A stretch of DNA of 64,000 bases from Mustelus asterias (Eukaryota), in contig NC_135826.1 of assembly GCF_964213995.1 (NCBI RefSeq), positions 1,736,001 through 1,800,000 of the forward strand. The letters are read 5' to 3'. The notes below the pieces were generated by a model that saw only the letters and a list, made by a program, of their open reading frames with translations, made no database searches and was not told where the DNA came from. This document shows, in pieces, positions 11,975 to 24,689 of this stretch. Positions within the stretch are counted from its first letter, which is position 1. Every line of letters begins with the position of its first letter. The translations under genes were made by a program, and so were the position numbers.

Positions 11975-12360
11975 TGAGGCCTTGGTTTAGCATCTCATCT
12001 GAAAGATGGCTTCCAACTGCAGCATTTCCTCAGCACTGTACTGAGAATGTCAGTCTTAATTTTGTATAGTAAGAAGCCTCACAACACCAGGTTAAAGTCC
12101 AACAGGTTTACTTGGTATCACACGCTTTCGGAGCACTGCTCCTTCATTAGGTGACTCACCTAATGAAGGAGCAGCGCTCCGAAAGCTTGTGATATCAAAT
12201 AAAACTGTTGGACTTTAACCTGGTGTTGTGAGGCTTCTTACTGTGCCCACCCCAGTCCAACGCCAGCATCTCCACATCTTGACTTTATATGGAAGTCTCT
12301 GGATTAAGACTTGAACCCACAACCTTCTGATTCTAAGGCAAGTGCACTACCACTAGCCAC
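11975..12360 (-). mobile_element. DeuSINE (SacSINE1-like) 5' part, interrupted by a Penelope-type palindrome
   Basis: The - strand reads gtggctagtggtagtgcac...agaaggttgtgggttcaagtc...cagtacagtgctgagg...tcagatgagatgctaaaccaaggc, recognised from memory as tRNA head plus Deu-domain start. Confidence 0.6.
12069..12278. mobile_element. Family A Penelope-type fold-back insertion (about 85 bp arms plus tail)
   Basis: Inverted arms centred near 12155; tail ctgtgcccaccccagtccaacgccagcatctccacat; same termini as the element at 15661. Confidence 0.85.
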
Positions 12361-13080
12361 GTGTGTGTCTTATTCAAGTTGATATGGATGAAGAACAAAC
12401 ATTCTGGGTGGAAATAGATGACGTTTTGAGTTTAAACTAATTCAAAAGACATTCTTTCTTGATGTAAATTAACACATTTAATCACGTAGATCATAGATAG
12501 TCCATGGCTTGGACATTTTTCTCATTTTTTATCCGAAACCACAGTGACATTCTGAAACAACTTGTGCTTTGAAAGTGTGTTCCACTGACTCAGCAAATTC
12601 TTCAGTATTTCTTGAGGTCTGAAACACCGTGAATGAAAAACTAATAAACATTTGAAAAATGAAATTGACAGATATTCATGATGGGTGCGGATATGGGTTG
12701 AAGTTCTATTTCATCTGAAGCCCAACCCCAAATAGATTAGGATGGAATTCTGAATGGCATCTCATGGTTTGGCTTTGCTGGATTCTAAAGTCAAATTGGG
12801 ATCTGACATAAAAATGCAAATTCTTGCTTTCTATTTCAATGCTGGCACTTCCAAAACCACTTTACAATGATGTGAAACTAATGGTATTAATTCAATTCTG
12901 CATGTCATCCATTTCCACCCAGAATGTTCATTCTTCACCCGTATCAACTTGAATAAGCACCAAACATGTGGTTTGGTGGCAGTGTTCACATGCTTTTGAT
13001 ACTTTACTGAATTGTGTTTCTGTGTTCAGAGCATTCCTTCCTTTCTTGACACATTACGATTTTTAAGGCTGCATCTATTG

Positions 13081-14945
13081 ATTAGATTTATTATTGTCAC
13101 ATGTATTAGTATTCAGTGGAAAGTATTGTTTCTTGAACGTTATACAGACAAAACATACTATACATGGAGAAGGAAAGGAAAGAGTGCAGAATGTAGTGCT
13201 ACAGTCATAGCTAGGGTTTAGAGAAAGATCAACATAATGCGAGGTAGGTCCATTCAAATGACGGCAGCAGGGAAGAAGCTGTTCTTAAGTCAGTTGGTAC
13301 GTGACCTCAGACTTTTGTATCTTTTTCCCAATGGAAGAAGGTGGGAGATACGGGGGGTCCTTAATTATGCTGACTGCTTTTCTGAGGCAGCGGGGAGTGT
13401 AGACAGAGTCAATGGATGGGAGGCTGGTTTGAGTGATGGATTGGGCTTCGTTCACGACCTTTTGAAGTTTCTTGCGGTTTTGGACAGAGCAGGAACCATA
13501 CCAAGCTGTGATACAATCAGAAAGAATGCTTTCTATGGTGCATCTGTAAAGGTTGGTGAGAGTCGTAGCTGACATGCCAAATTTCCTTAGTCTTCTGAGA
13601 AAGTTGGTGAGCTTTCTTAACTTTAGTGTCGGCATGGAGGGACCAGGACAGGTTGTTGGTGATCTGGATACCTAAAAACTTGAAGCTCTCGACCCTTTCT
13701 ACTTCATCCCTATTGATGTAGACAGAGGCATGTCCTCCTCTACGTTTCCTGAAGTTGATGACTATCTCTTTCGTTTTGTTGACATTGAGGGAGAGATTAC
13801 AGTTGTTGCACCAGTTAATCAGATTCTCTTTCTCTATCCTGTACTCCGTCTCATTGTTTGAGATCCGACCCACTATGGTGGTGCCATCAGCCAACTCGAA
13901 AATCGAGTTGGAGGGGAATTTGGCCGCACAGTCGTAGGTGTATAAGGAGGGGGCTGAAGACACAGTCTCGTGGGGCACCAGTGTTGAGGATGATCGTGGA
14001 GGAGGTGTTGTTGCCTGTCTTTACTGATTGCGGTCTGTGAGTTACGAAGTTCAGGATCCAGTCGCAGAGAGAGGAGCTGAGCCCCAGGCATAGAGTTTGG
14101 AGATGCGTTTGTAGGAATAATGGTGTTGAAGGCTGAGCTGCAGTCGATAAATAGGAGTCTGACATTGGTGTTCCAGGATTGAGTGCAGGGCCAGGAAGAT
14201 GGTGTCTGCTGTGGAACTATTGCGGCGGTAGGCAAACTGTAGTGGATCCAGTGGTGCCATGACTAACCTTTCTAAGCACTTCATAATGATGGATGTCAGA
14301 GCCACCGGATGATAATCATTAAGGTACGCTGCCTGGCTTTTCTTTGGTACCGGGATGATGGTCATCTGCTTGAAATAGATAAAGACCTCAGACTGGTGTA
14401 ATGAGAGGTTGAAGATGTCTGTGAATACCCCTGCCAGCTGGTCCGCGCAGGATCTGAGTGCTCATCCGGGTACCCCATCCAGGTCAGTCATGTTCCGTGG
14501 GTTGACCATCGAGAAGGTTGCTCTGACGTCTGCAGTGGTGACCTCGGATTAAGGTTCATCCAAGGCTTCCGAGGTGGAGGGTGTGCTCTCGCTGACCCCT
14601 TGCTCAAAAGGAGTATAGAATACATTGAGCTCATTGGAGGGGTGTATTGGTGCAGGCAATTTTAATATGCCTTCATCATGTAGCCTGTTGTGTCTTGCAG
14701 ACCTTGCCAGTCAGCAGGAGTCTGTGTGGCTAGCTTGAGACTTTAGCTTGGTCCAGTACTGTCTTTTGGCACTTTTGATAGATCTCCTTAGATCATTTCT
14801 GACTTTCTTGTATAGGTCAGGGCCACCTGACTTCAGCGCTTCAGACCTGGACTTCAGCAAGCAATGGATGACTTCAGCAAGCAAATCCCTGTTCATCCAT
14901 GGTTTCCAGTTGGGAAACACGGATTTGCTTCTTTGGCACACATTT
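13081..14945 (-). mobile_element. Rex1/Babar-type LINE, degenerate RT
   Basis: Frameshifted peptides [67 protein letters not shown]. Confidence 0.85.
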
Positions 14946-15004
14946 ACAACACATGGGCCGGGCCAGATGTATGTAGGTAGTTTTGTTAAATCTGGATTGT
15001 ATTT

Positions 15005-15312
15005 TTTTATTTATTCGTGGGACATGGACATTCCTCGCTGGCCAGCTAGTTGCCCTTGTTCAGAGGGCAGTTGAGAGTCAACTGCATCATTGTGACTCTG
15101 GAGTCACATGTAGGCCAGACCAAGTAAGGATGGCAGATTTCCTTCCAGCAATGGTTTCATGGTCATCAGTACATTCTTAATTCCAGATTTTTTTCATTGA
15201 ATTCAAATTCCACCAGCTGCCATTTTGAGATTCAAATCCTGGTCCCCAGAACATTAGGTGAGCTTTTGGATTAATAGTCTGGCGATAATACCATTAGGCC
15301 ATATCCTCCCCA
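15005..15312 (-). mobile_element. tRNA-related SINE family 2
   Basis: Reverse complement of the repeat at 20345-20725, 25870-26225 and 33180-33430. Confidence 0.65.
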
Positions 15313-15959
15313 TGTGTCAACATTTTCATTATAATTCACACAATTATGACAGAAACTATGATGTTGTCATATGGCACTATGCACAGGTATAAACATTTTG
15401 GCAGCTTAGTAGTTGGCTTCCCCTCATTGCCCACAGGGAATCAAAACCAAGTGCAATCTTCAGGGGAAGTAGGTTAGAGTTTGGTGAGAATTGGACTTTA
15501 ATGTTACAATGTCTCTATTTTTACCGCTTTAATCTGTCATTTTTTATATTGCTATTATAAATACCAATGTCCACATTTATGATGGGAAGTGTCTAAATAA
15601 ACTTGTCACCTATGCAGTATCTCTACTTAAGGTTCTAACTACTCTGACAAGTTTACACAATAAGAAGTCTCACAACACCAGGTTAAAGTCCAACAGGTTT
15701 ATTTGGTAGCAAATACCATAAGCTTTCGGAGCAATGCTCCTTCGTCAGATGGAGTGGTCTCTGTTCTCAAACAGGGCACAGACACAGAAATCAAATTACA
15801 GAATACTGATTAGAATGCAAATCTCTACAGCCAGCCAAGTCTTAAATGCACAGACAATGTGGGTGGAGGGAGCATTCAACACAGGTTAAAGAGATGTGTA
15901 TTGTCTCCAGACAGTACAGCTTGTGAAATTGTGCAAGTCCAGGAGTCAAGCTGTGGGGG

Positions 15960-16863
15960 TTACTGATAATGTGACATAAATCCAACATCCCGGTTTAGAC
16001 CGTCCTCATGTGTGCGGAACTTGGCTATCAGTTTCTGCTCAGTGACTCTGCGCTGTCGTGTGTCGTGAAGGCCGCCTTGGAGAACGCTTACCTGAAGATC
16101 CAAGGCTGAATGCCCGTGACTGCTGAAGTGCTCCCCCACAGGAAGAGAACACTCTTGCCTGGTGATTGTCGAGCGGTGTTCATTCATCCGCTGTCGTAGC
16201 GTCTGCATGGTTTCCCCAATGTACCATGCCTTGGGACATCCTTTCTTGCAGCGTATCAGGTAGACAACGTTGGCCGAGTTGCAAGAGTATGTACCGTGTA
16301 CCTGGTGGATGGTGTTCTCACGTGAGATGATGGCATCCGTGTTGATGATCCGGCACGTCTTGCAGAGGTTGCTGTGGCAGGGTTGTGTGGTGTCGTGGTC
16401 ACTGTTCTCCTGAAGGCTGGGTAGTTTGCTGCGGACAATGGTCTGTTTGAGGTTGCGTGGTTGTTTGAAGGCAAGAAGTGGGGGTGTGGGGATGGCCTTG
16501 GCGAGATGTTCGTCTTCATCAATGACATGTTGAAGGCTCCAGAGGAGATGCCGTAGCTTCTCCGCTCCGGGGAAGTACTGGACGACGAAGGGTACTCTGT
16601 CCACCGTGTCCCGTGTTTGTCTTCTGAGGAGGTCGGTGCGGTTTTTCGCTGTGGCACGTCGGAACTGTTGATCGATGAGTCGAGCGCCATATCCTGTTCT
16701 TATGAGGGCATCTTTCAGCGTCTGGAGGTGTCTGTTGCGATCCTCCTCATCCGAGCAGATCCTGTGTATTCGGAGGGCTTGTCCGTAGGGGATGGCTTCT
16801 TTTACGTGTTTAGGGTGGAAGCTGGAGAAGTGGAGCATCATGAGGTTATCCGTGGGCTTGCGG
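15960..16863 (-). CDS. Penelope-like RT thumb, linker and GIY-YIG endonuclease (5'-truncated)
   Basis: RKPTD..LHFSSFHP..IPYGQALRIHRICS; PCHSNLCKTC; NVVYLIRC...YIGET..LRQRMNEH; GLNRD. Confidence 0.88.
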
Positions 16864-17210
16864 ATCTTCAGGTAAGCGTTCTCCAAGGCGGCCTTCACGA
16901 CACACGACAGCGCAGAGTCACTGAGCAGAAACTGATAGCCAAGTTCCGCACACATGAGGACGGTCTAAACCGGGATGTTGGATTTATGTCACATTATCAG
17001 TAACCCCCACAGCTTGACTCCTGGACTTGCACAATTTCACAAGCTGTACTGTCTGGAGACAATACACATCTCTTTAACCTGTGTTGAATGCTCCCTCCAC
17101 CCACATTGTCTGTGCATTTAAGACTTGGCTGGCTGTAGAGATTTGCATTCTAATCAGTATTCTGTAATTTGATTTCTGTGTCTGTGCCCTGTTTGAGAAC
17201 AGAGACCACT

Positions 17211-17247
17211 CCATCTGACGAAGGAGCATTGCTCCGAAAGCTTATGG
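17211..17247 (+). ncRNA. Minimal type I hammerhead ribozyme motif (mirror copy on - strand at 15716-15752)
   Basis: ccat-CTGACGA-a-ggagc-att-gctcc-GAAA-gctt-atgg: stem I ccat/atgg, stem II ggagc/gctcc, palindromic stem III (AAGCTT). Confidence 0.75.
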
Positions 17248-18996
17248 TATTTGCTACCAAATAAACCTGTTGGACTTTAACCTGGTGTTGTGAGACTTCT
17301 TACTGTGCTTACCCCAGTCCAACGCCGGCATCCCCACATCAAGTTTACACAATGCATATACAGGTAAGATTTTAATATTGATAGCTTCACACTAGTCTTT
17401 AGAATGTGTCATTTGAAAATGATATTGCTATTAATGGTTGCATCTTCATGGTTTGAATATGAAGGAGCCAAGAAAAATGTTTTTCAGATATCAAACTGAT
17501 GTGCAGAACATCAAAATTTTGATAGTGATGCTTATATTTTACTATGATTGTATAATCTTGCTGATGAAACACTGCTACAGCTGTATTTCATAACAAAAAT
17601 ACACTACGCTGTCTCTAGCTACATTAATTTATTCAAATAGTAACAGTAGTAGCACTTTTATGGTAAGAGTAGACAATCTGGTCGACCCAACAACTTGCTA
17701 TTACCTTGATGCACTATAGGTTAAGGCTATGGAAGAAGGGGAGGTACTTTTGAAGTAATCTTGGTGTCATGTCATCATGACATCCTATACATTGCATACT
17801 GCAGCCATGCTTTAGATATGGAGATGAGTGGCCTAACAAACAAACAAAAAATCCTATAAGCTTCTTCAGTGTAGTTGCAGCTGCATTCGTGCAGGCAGAG
17901 CGAATATTCCAGCATTTTACTGACTTGAGACTTGTGATGGAGACATTTTAAGTTAAGAGATGAGCCACACTTTGCAGAACATCCAGAGTCTGACCTACTC
18001 TAGTTGAAATATTGTTGGTATGGCTGGTTAGTTCAAGCATCTAATCAGCTTAGGACTTTCACATATATAGGCTGCGATTTAGTGGCTGCGCTAACCGCGG
18101 GCACAAATCCCGTAAATCTCGTGAGAAGCCAAAAACAGGATTTGCGCCAGCAAGATTTCCAAACACCATCTCCCCGGCCCCCCCTTTGATGACATGATCA
18201 GGCTCATGCCCAGGAAGGGGACGAGCCTAATTAGTATATATTGTAATATATTTAAGTATCATTAGTGAGCTTAACACTGCTGCTTCCACCTTCAATGTAT
18301 CATCCCACACACCCGGCATGGCATCACGCCTGCGTGAATCACTATGTGTTTTCAAAAACAAAAACTAGTCAGGATGACCATGCCGACCATACACAGTTAA
18401 GTATAGCCCCCGGGTGGTGAAGGGCATGCCGTGGCAGTGCCAAGGATGGGTCTCCTCAGTTGCCACGTTGGGTGACTCCTCATATATGTTTTGGGGGAGG
18501 CTGATGCATATAAGGTGGCGCACCCCAATGCTTCAGGGGGGAGTTTATTATCAGCACAGATCAGGATGATTTTAAAGATTGTGCTGTGATCTCTGTGGAG
18601 CCCGCCTTGCCCCAGATTCCATGTACACTGAGTGCCAAAACATTTGGAGTGAAAACTTGGCTGTGCATCTGGAGAGATACACACCAGATTTCAGTCTGAA
18701 CCTGACACTCTTGACAAATTTTGGAAAAGTTCTGTCCATAGTTTCTTGCTTGTAATTCATTCCATATGTTTATAGTGTTACATAGAATTTTATAGCACTG
18801 AAATTGGTCTCTGCCAATGGTTATATTCCACATGAGAGAGAAGACCAAACCAGCAAAAAAAAATCACAAATACATAGAATAACTGGGCCAAATTTCCAAA
18901 AGCTGAATGAGGTCTTCTGTAACTGATGTCATTATGTTCTACCACATGTGAATTAATGAAGTCCAGGTCTTGGAACTAATCCTTATCTTGTTCATG

Positions 18997-19760
18997 TAAA
19001 AGTAAAATACCGCGGATGCTAGAAATTTGAAATAGAAACAGAAAATGCTTGATAAATACAGCAGGTTTTGCAGCATCTGTGAAGAGAGAAACGTAGTTAA
19101 CGGCACAGTGCCAGTCCTTAATGTAGTTAACAGTGGCACAACGGTTAGCACTGTTGCCTCACCTCAGGGACATCCGAGTTCAATTCCAGCTTTGGGTGAC
19201 TGTCCATGTGGCGTTTGCACATTCTCCTCATGTCTGCATGGGTTTCCTCTGGGTGCTCCGGTTCCTCCCACATTCCAAAGATGTGCGGGTTAGGTTGATT
19301 GGCCATGCTAAATTGCCTGTTAGTGTAAGGGGGATTGGCAGGTTAAATATGTGGGGTTACGGGAATAGGACTCGGGTGAGATTGTTGTCAGTGCAGGCTT
19401 AATGGGCCGAATGACCTCCTTATGTACTGTAGGGACTCTATGAACATTTCAAGCCCATGTGACCCTTCTACAGAACTGAAGAGGGATAGAAATGTGATAA
19501 AATATATAGTTGGGGAGGGGGCAGAATAGAAGGTCAGGGATCGGTCAAAGCTCAGGCGAGACTGACAAAGATGTCATGGACATAAAGACAAATGGGGTAT
19601 TAATGGTAACATTAAGGACTGAAGAAGTGCTAATAGCAGCATAGAGGTAAGATAGGACAATGTGTTAATAGAACAAAAGTCAGTGCTCAGTGGAGGCAAA
19701 ACTGAACAACAAGGGACAGATGGACCTGAGGGGGAGAGGAAAGGTAGAGTAGTTTTGGGC
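18997..19760 (-). mobile_element. Degenerate family B Penelope-like repeat split by a V-SINE
   Basis: Tail and arm 18997-19100 resume at about 19445 (atttcaagcccatgtgacccttctacagaac) after the SINE. Confidence 0.5.
19135..19443 (+). mobile_element. V-SINE (HE1-like)
   Basis: Head, V-domain and CR1-type tail; diverged copy. Confidence 0.75.
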
Positions 19761-20073
19761 CAAACCAATGAAACCAAAATAAGGGGGTTATGCTGGAGGG
19801 AAACAATCCCAGTCTGATCCTGTCTTATCCTGTTCAGTTGGTTTTTGAATAAGACATAGGGTGGAATTCTCCTTCATACCAGCAGCAGAAATTGTGGCGA
19901 GCAGGAGCACTTAGTTTGCCGTGAGTCAAAAAATCGGTTTCCCAACAGTGGGAAAACAGTTTGGAATTTTGTTCTCCTGACTTTCAAGGCAGGTTGGGTT
20001 TCCCACTGAGCAATGCTGGAGATTACATTTACATTCTGTTTGCATTCATTAGCATCTCATGAATGTTCATGAA

Positions 20074-20319
20074 GTAAAAACAGAAAAATGCTGGAAAATC
20101 TCAGGAGGTCTGACAGCGTCTGTGAAGAGAGAGTAGACCCAATGTTTCGAGTCTAGATGACCCTTCATCAGAGCTGGGACTGGGGCTCTGATGAAGGGTC
20201 ATCTAGACTCAAAATGTTGGATCTACTCTCCACAGATGCTGTCAGACCTGCTGAGATTTTCCAGCAGTTTTCGGTTTTTGTTTCAAATTCCAGGATCCGC
20301 AGTATTTTGCATTTATCTT
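20074..20319. mobile_element. Family B fold-back element with hammerhead-like motifs and 12 bp TSD
   Basis: About 100 bp inverted arms around 20180, then a tail; aatgttcatgaa at 20062-20073 and 20320-20331; CTGATGA-a-gggtc-atcta-gactc-GAAA on the - strand. Confidence 0.8.
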
Positions 20320-20344
20320 AATGTTCATGAAATGTTCATCCAGG

Positions 20345-20725
20345 GAGGCGATGACTAGTGGTATTATCGCTAGACTATTAATCCCAAAATTCAGCTCATG
20401 TTCTGGGGACCGGCAGATGGTGGAATTTTAATTCAATAAAATTATTGGGAATTAAGAATCTACTGATGACCATGAAACTATTGTCGATTGTCGGGAAAAA
20501 CCCATCTGGTGCACTAATGTCCTTCAGGGAAGGAAATCTGCTGTCCTTACCTGGTCTGTTCTGTTCTGTGTGACTCCATATGTGACTCCAGAGCCACAGC
20601 AATGTGGTTGACTCTCAACTGCCCTCTGAAATGGCCTAGCAAGCCACTCAGTTGAAGGGCAACTTGGGAAGGGCAATGGGTGATGACCAGCCAGCGACGA
20701 CCATGTCCCACAAATGAATTTAAAA
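20345..20725 (+). mobile_element. tRNA-related SINE family 2
   Basis: Four related copies in the window; 3' end resembles the 3' end of the LINE at 1958-2728. Confidence 0.65.
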
Positions 20726-20865
20726 ATGGCCAAATTGCCAGAATCATATTCTCTAAGGATGTGGAAAAGATTGAAAGGGTGCAGAGGAGATTTACAAGGA
20801 TGTTGCCTGGAATGAGTGGCATGCCTTATGAGGATAGGCTGAGGGAGCTCGGTCTTTTCTCCTTA

Positions 20866-23800
20866 GAACCATAGACCATAGAAAATTACAGCTCAGAAAC
20901 AGGCGTTTTGGCCCTTCTTGTCTGTGCCGAACCATTTTATGCCTAGTCTCACTGACCTGCACTTGGACCATATCCCTCTACACCCCTCTCATCCATGAAC
21001 CCGTCCAAGTTTTTCTTAAATGTTAAAAGTGACCCCGCATTTACCACTTTATCCGGCAGCTCATTCCACACTCCCACCACTCTCTGCGTGAAGAAGCCCC
21101 CCCTAATATTCCCTTTAAACTTTTCTCCTTTCACCCTTAACCCATGCCCTCTGGTTTTTTTCTCCCCTAGCCTCAGCGGAAAAAGCCTGCTTGCATTCAC
21201 TCTATCTATACCCATCAAAATCTTATACACCTCTATCAAATCTCCCCTCAATCTTCTACGTTCCAGGGAATAAAGTCCCAACCTATTCAATCTCTCTCTG
21301 TAACTCAGCTTCTCAAGTCCCGGCAACATCCTTGTGAACCTTCTCTGCACTCTTTCAATCTTATTTACATCCTTCCTGTAACTAGGTGACCAAAACTCCA
21401 AATTCGGCCTCACCAATGCCTTATATAACCTTACCATAACACTCCAACTTTTATACTCGATACTCCGATTTATAAAGGCCAATGTACCAAAGGCACTCTT
21501 TACAACCCTATCCACCTGTGACGTCACTTTTAGGGAATTCTGTACCTCTATTCCCAGATCCCTCTGTTCAACTGCACTCTTCAGAGTCCTACCATTTACC
21601 CTGTACGTTCTTCTTTGGTTTGTCCTTCCAAAGTGCAATATAAGAACATAAGAAATAGGAGCAGGAGTAGGCCATCTAGCCCCTCGAGCCTGCCCCGCCA
21701 TTCAATAAGATCATGGCTGATCTGACGTGGATCAGTACCACTTACCCGCCTGATCCCCATAACCCTTAATTCCCTTACCGATCAGGAATCCATCCATCCG
21801 CGCTTTAAACATATTCAGCGAGGTAGCCTCCACCACCTCAGTGGGCAGAGAATTCCAGAGATTCACCACCCTCTGGGAGAAGAAGTTCCTCCTCAACTCT
21901 GTCTTAAACCGACCCCCCTTTATTTTGAGGCTGTGTCCTCTAGTTTTAACTTTCTTACTAAGTGGAAAGAATCTCTCCGCCTCCACCCTATCCAGCCCCC
22001 GCATTATCTTATAAGTCTCCATAAGATCCCCCCTCATCCTTCTAAACTCCAATGAGTACAAACCCAATCTCCTCAGCCTCTCCTCATAATCCAAACCCCT
22101 CATCTCCGGTATCAACCTGGTGAACCTTCTCTGCACTCCCTCCAATGCCAATATATCCTTCCTCATATAAGGGGACCAATACTGCACACAGTATTCCAGC
22201 TGCGGCCTCACCAATGCCCTGTACAGGTGCATCAAGACATCCCTGCTTTTATATTCTATCCCCCTCGCAATATAGGCCAACATCCCATTTGCCTTCTTGA
22301 TCACCTGTTGTACCTGCAGACTGGGCTTTTGCGTCTCATGCACAAGGACCCCCAGGTCCCTTTGCACGGTAGCTCACACTTGTCTGCGTTAAATTCCATT
22401 TGCCATTTTTCAGCCCATTTTTCTAGTTGGTCCAAATCCCTCTGCAAGCTTTGAAAACCTTCCTCACTGTCCACTACACCTCCAATCTTTGTATCATCAG
22501 CAAACTTGCTGATCCAATTGACCACATTATCATCCAGATCATTGATATAGATGACAAACAACAATGGACCCAACACCGATCCCTGCGGCACACCACTAGT
22601 CACAGGCCTCCACTCAGAGAAGCAATCCTCCACAACCACTCTCTGGCTTCTTCCATTGAGCCAGTGTCTAATCCAATTTACTACCTCCCCATGTATACCT
22701 AGCGACTGAACCTTCCTAACTAACCTCCCATGAGGGACCTTGTCAAAGGCCTTGCTGAAATCCAGGTAGACAACATCCACCGCCTTCCCTTCATCCACTT
22801 TCCTGGTAACCTCCTCGAAAAACTCTAATAGATTGGTCAAACATGACCTACCACGCACAAAGCCATGTTGACTCTCCCTAATAAGTCCCTGTCTGTCCAA
22901 ATATTTGTAGATCCTATCCCTTATCACACCTTCCAATAACTTGCCCACCACCGACGTCAAACTTACTGGCCGATAATTTCCCGGATTTCTTTTGGAACCT
23001 TTTTTAAACAACGGAACAACATGAGCCACCCTCCAATCATCCGGCACCTCCCCCGTGAATACTGACATTTTAAATATGTCTGCCAGGGCCCCTGCAAGTT
23101 CAATACTAGCTTCCCTCAAGGTCCGTGGGAATACCCTGTCCGGTCCTGGGGATTTATCCACTCTGATTTGCCTCAAGACAGCAAGCACCTCCCCTTTAAT
23201 CTGTAAAGGTTCCATGGCCACCCAACCAGTTTGCCCTATTTCCGTAGACTCCATGCCCGTTTCCTCAGTAAATACTGATGCAAAAAAACCATTTAGTATC
23301 TCCCCCATCTCTTTTGGTTCCATACACAGTCTACCACTCTGGTCTTCAAGAGGACCAATTTTATCCCTCACTATCCTTTTGCTCCTAACATACCTATAGA
23401 AGCTCTTTGGATTTTCCTTCACTCTGTCTGCCAAAGCAACCTCATGTCTTCTTTTAGCCCTCCTGATTTCCCTCTTAAGTAGCTTCTTGCACTTTTTATA
23501 CTCCTCGAGCATCTGATGTGTTCCTTGCTGCCTGTACATTTCATACAACTCTCTCTTCCTCTTAATCAGTGTTACAATCTCCCTCGAGAACCAAGGTTCC
23601 TTATTCCTATTTACTTTGCCTTTAATTCTGACAGGAACATACAAACTCTGCACTCTCAAAATTTCTCCTTTGAAGGCCTCCCACTTTCCATTTACATCCT
23701 TACCAGAGAACAGCCTGTGCCAATCCACACTTCCCAGATCCCTTCTCATTTCATCAAATTTGGCCTTTTTCCAGTTCAGAACTTCAACCCGAGGACCAGA

Positions 23801-24010
23801 TCTATCCTTATCCACGATCAGGTTGAAACTAATGGCATTATGATCACTGGATCCAAAGTGTTCCCTCACACTCGCATCCATCACCTGCCCTAACTCATTT
23901 CCTAATAGGAGATCCAATATCGCATCCTCTCTAGTTGGCACCTCTATATACTGATGTAGAAAATTCTCCTGAACATATTTTACAAACTCTGCCCGGTCTA
24001 AACCTTTAAC
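20866..24010 (-). mobile_element. CR1 LINE (family 4) ORF2, split into 22373-24010 and 20866-21640
   Basis: ORF 22301-23941 (EN end plus RT to FNADKCE) continues ILHFGRTN at 21640. Confidence 0.9.
21641..22372 (-). mobile_element. CR1 LINE (family 1) 3' fragment nested in the family 4 copy
   Basis: ORF 21732-22367; 3' end taagaacataagaaataggagcagg identical to that at 4091. Confidence 0.9.
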
Positions 24011-24689
24011 GTGACCTTAGCGTGACGTAGGATGAGAGGAGATTTAATAGAGGTATATAAGATGTTGAGAGGCATAGATCGGGTGCACTCTCATAGGCTT
24101 TTTCCCAGGGTGGAAATGGCTGCTACGAGAGGACACAGGTTTAAGGTGCTAGGGGGTAAGTACAGGGGAAATGTTAGGGGGAAGTTTTTCACACAGAGGG
24201 TGGTGGGCAAGTGGAATCGGCTGCCGTCAGTGGTGGTGGAGGCAAACTCAATAGGGTCTTTTAAGAGACTCCTGGATGAGTACATGGGACTTAATAGGAT
24301 GGAGGGTTATAGGTAGGCCTAAAAGGTAGGGATATGTTTGGCACAACTTGTGGGGCCGAAGGGCCTGCTTTGTGCTGTAGTTTTTCTATGTTTCTAAAGG
24401 CAGGTAATTTTGTTTTATGACTGTGTGTAATTGGGGCTCACCTGCTGAGCTTGACTTCATCCACAACTTGGAAATCAGTAGATGCTGCTTTCATCTTCCT
24501 TTTAAACCATGACTACAACAAACTGGGTGCCTGTAGCACAAGCTGTGGTAAGGCTGAGCAAGGAGGCACAACCAGTGGGGAGGGGCGAGAGGGTGGCAGG
24601 ACCTTGGGGAGAAAATCCAGAGGGGAAGGATGAAAGAATGTCCAGGCCATGTTGGAAGGCTCTGAATGACGGGCATGTATTAGTCCCAG

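Larger units (their letters stand above)
15661..17339 (-). mobile_element. Penelope-like retroelement (Penelope/Poseidon type): 5'-truncated body, inverted pseudo-LTR, tail, 14 bp TSD
   Basis: 441 bp inverted arms 15661-16101 and 16862-17302; unpaired tail 17303-17339; direct repeat caagtttacacaat at 15648-15661 and 17340-17353. Confidence 0.92.
20755..24395 (+). mobile_element. CR1 LINE 3' fragment (family 3), split into 20755-20865 and about 24023-24395
   Basis: KDVEKIERVQRR...LGLFSL breaks at 20865 and resumes RRMRGDLIEV near 24023; intact counterpart at 45034-45518. Confidence 0.85.

Noticed and set aside
16864-16955. N-terminus of the 331 aa ORF (MCAELGYQF...) and the + strand ORF 16617-17003
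   Set aside because: Artefacts of reading across the inversion junction into the inverted arm; not a real start or a separate gene.
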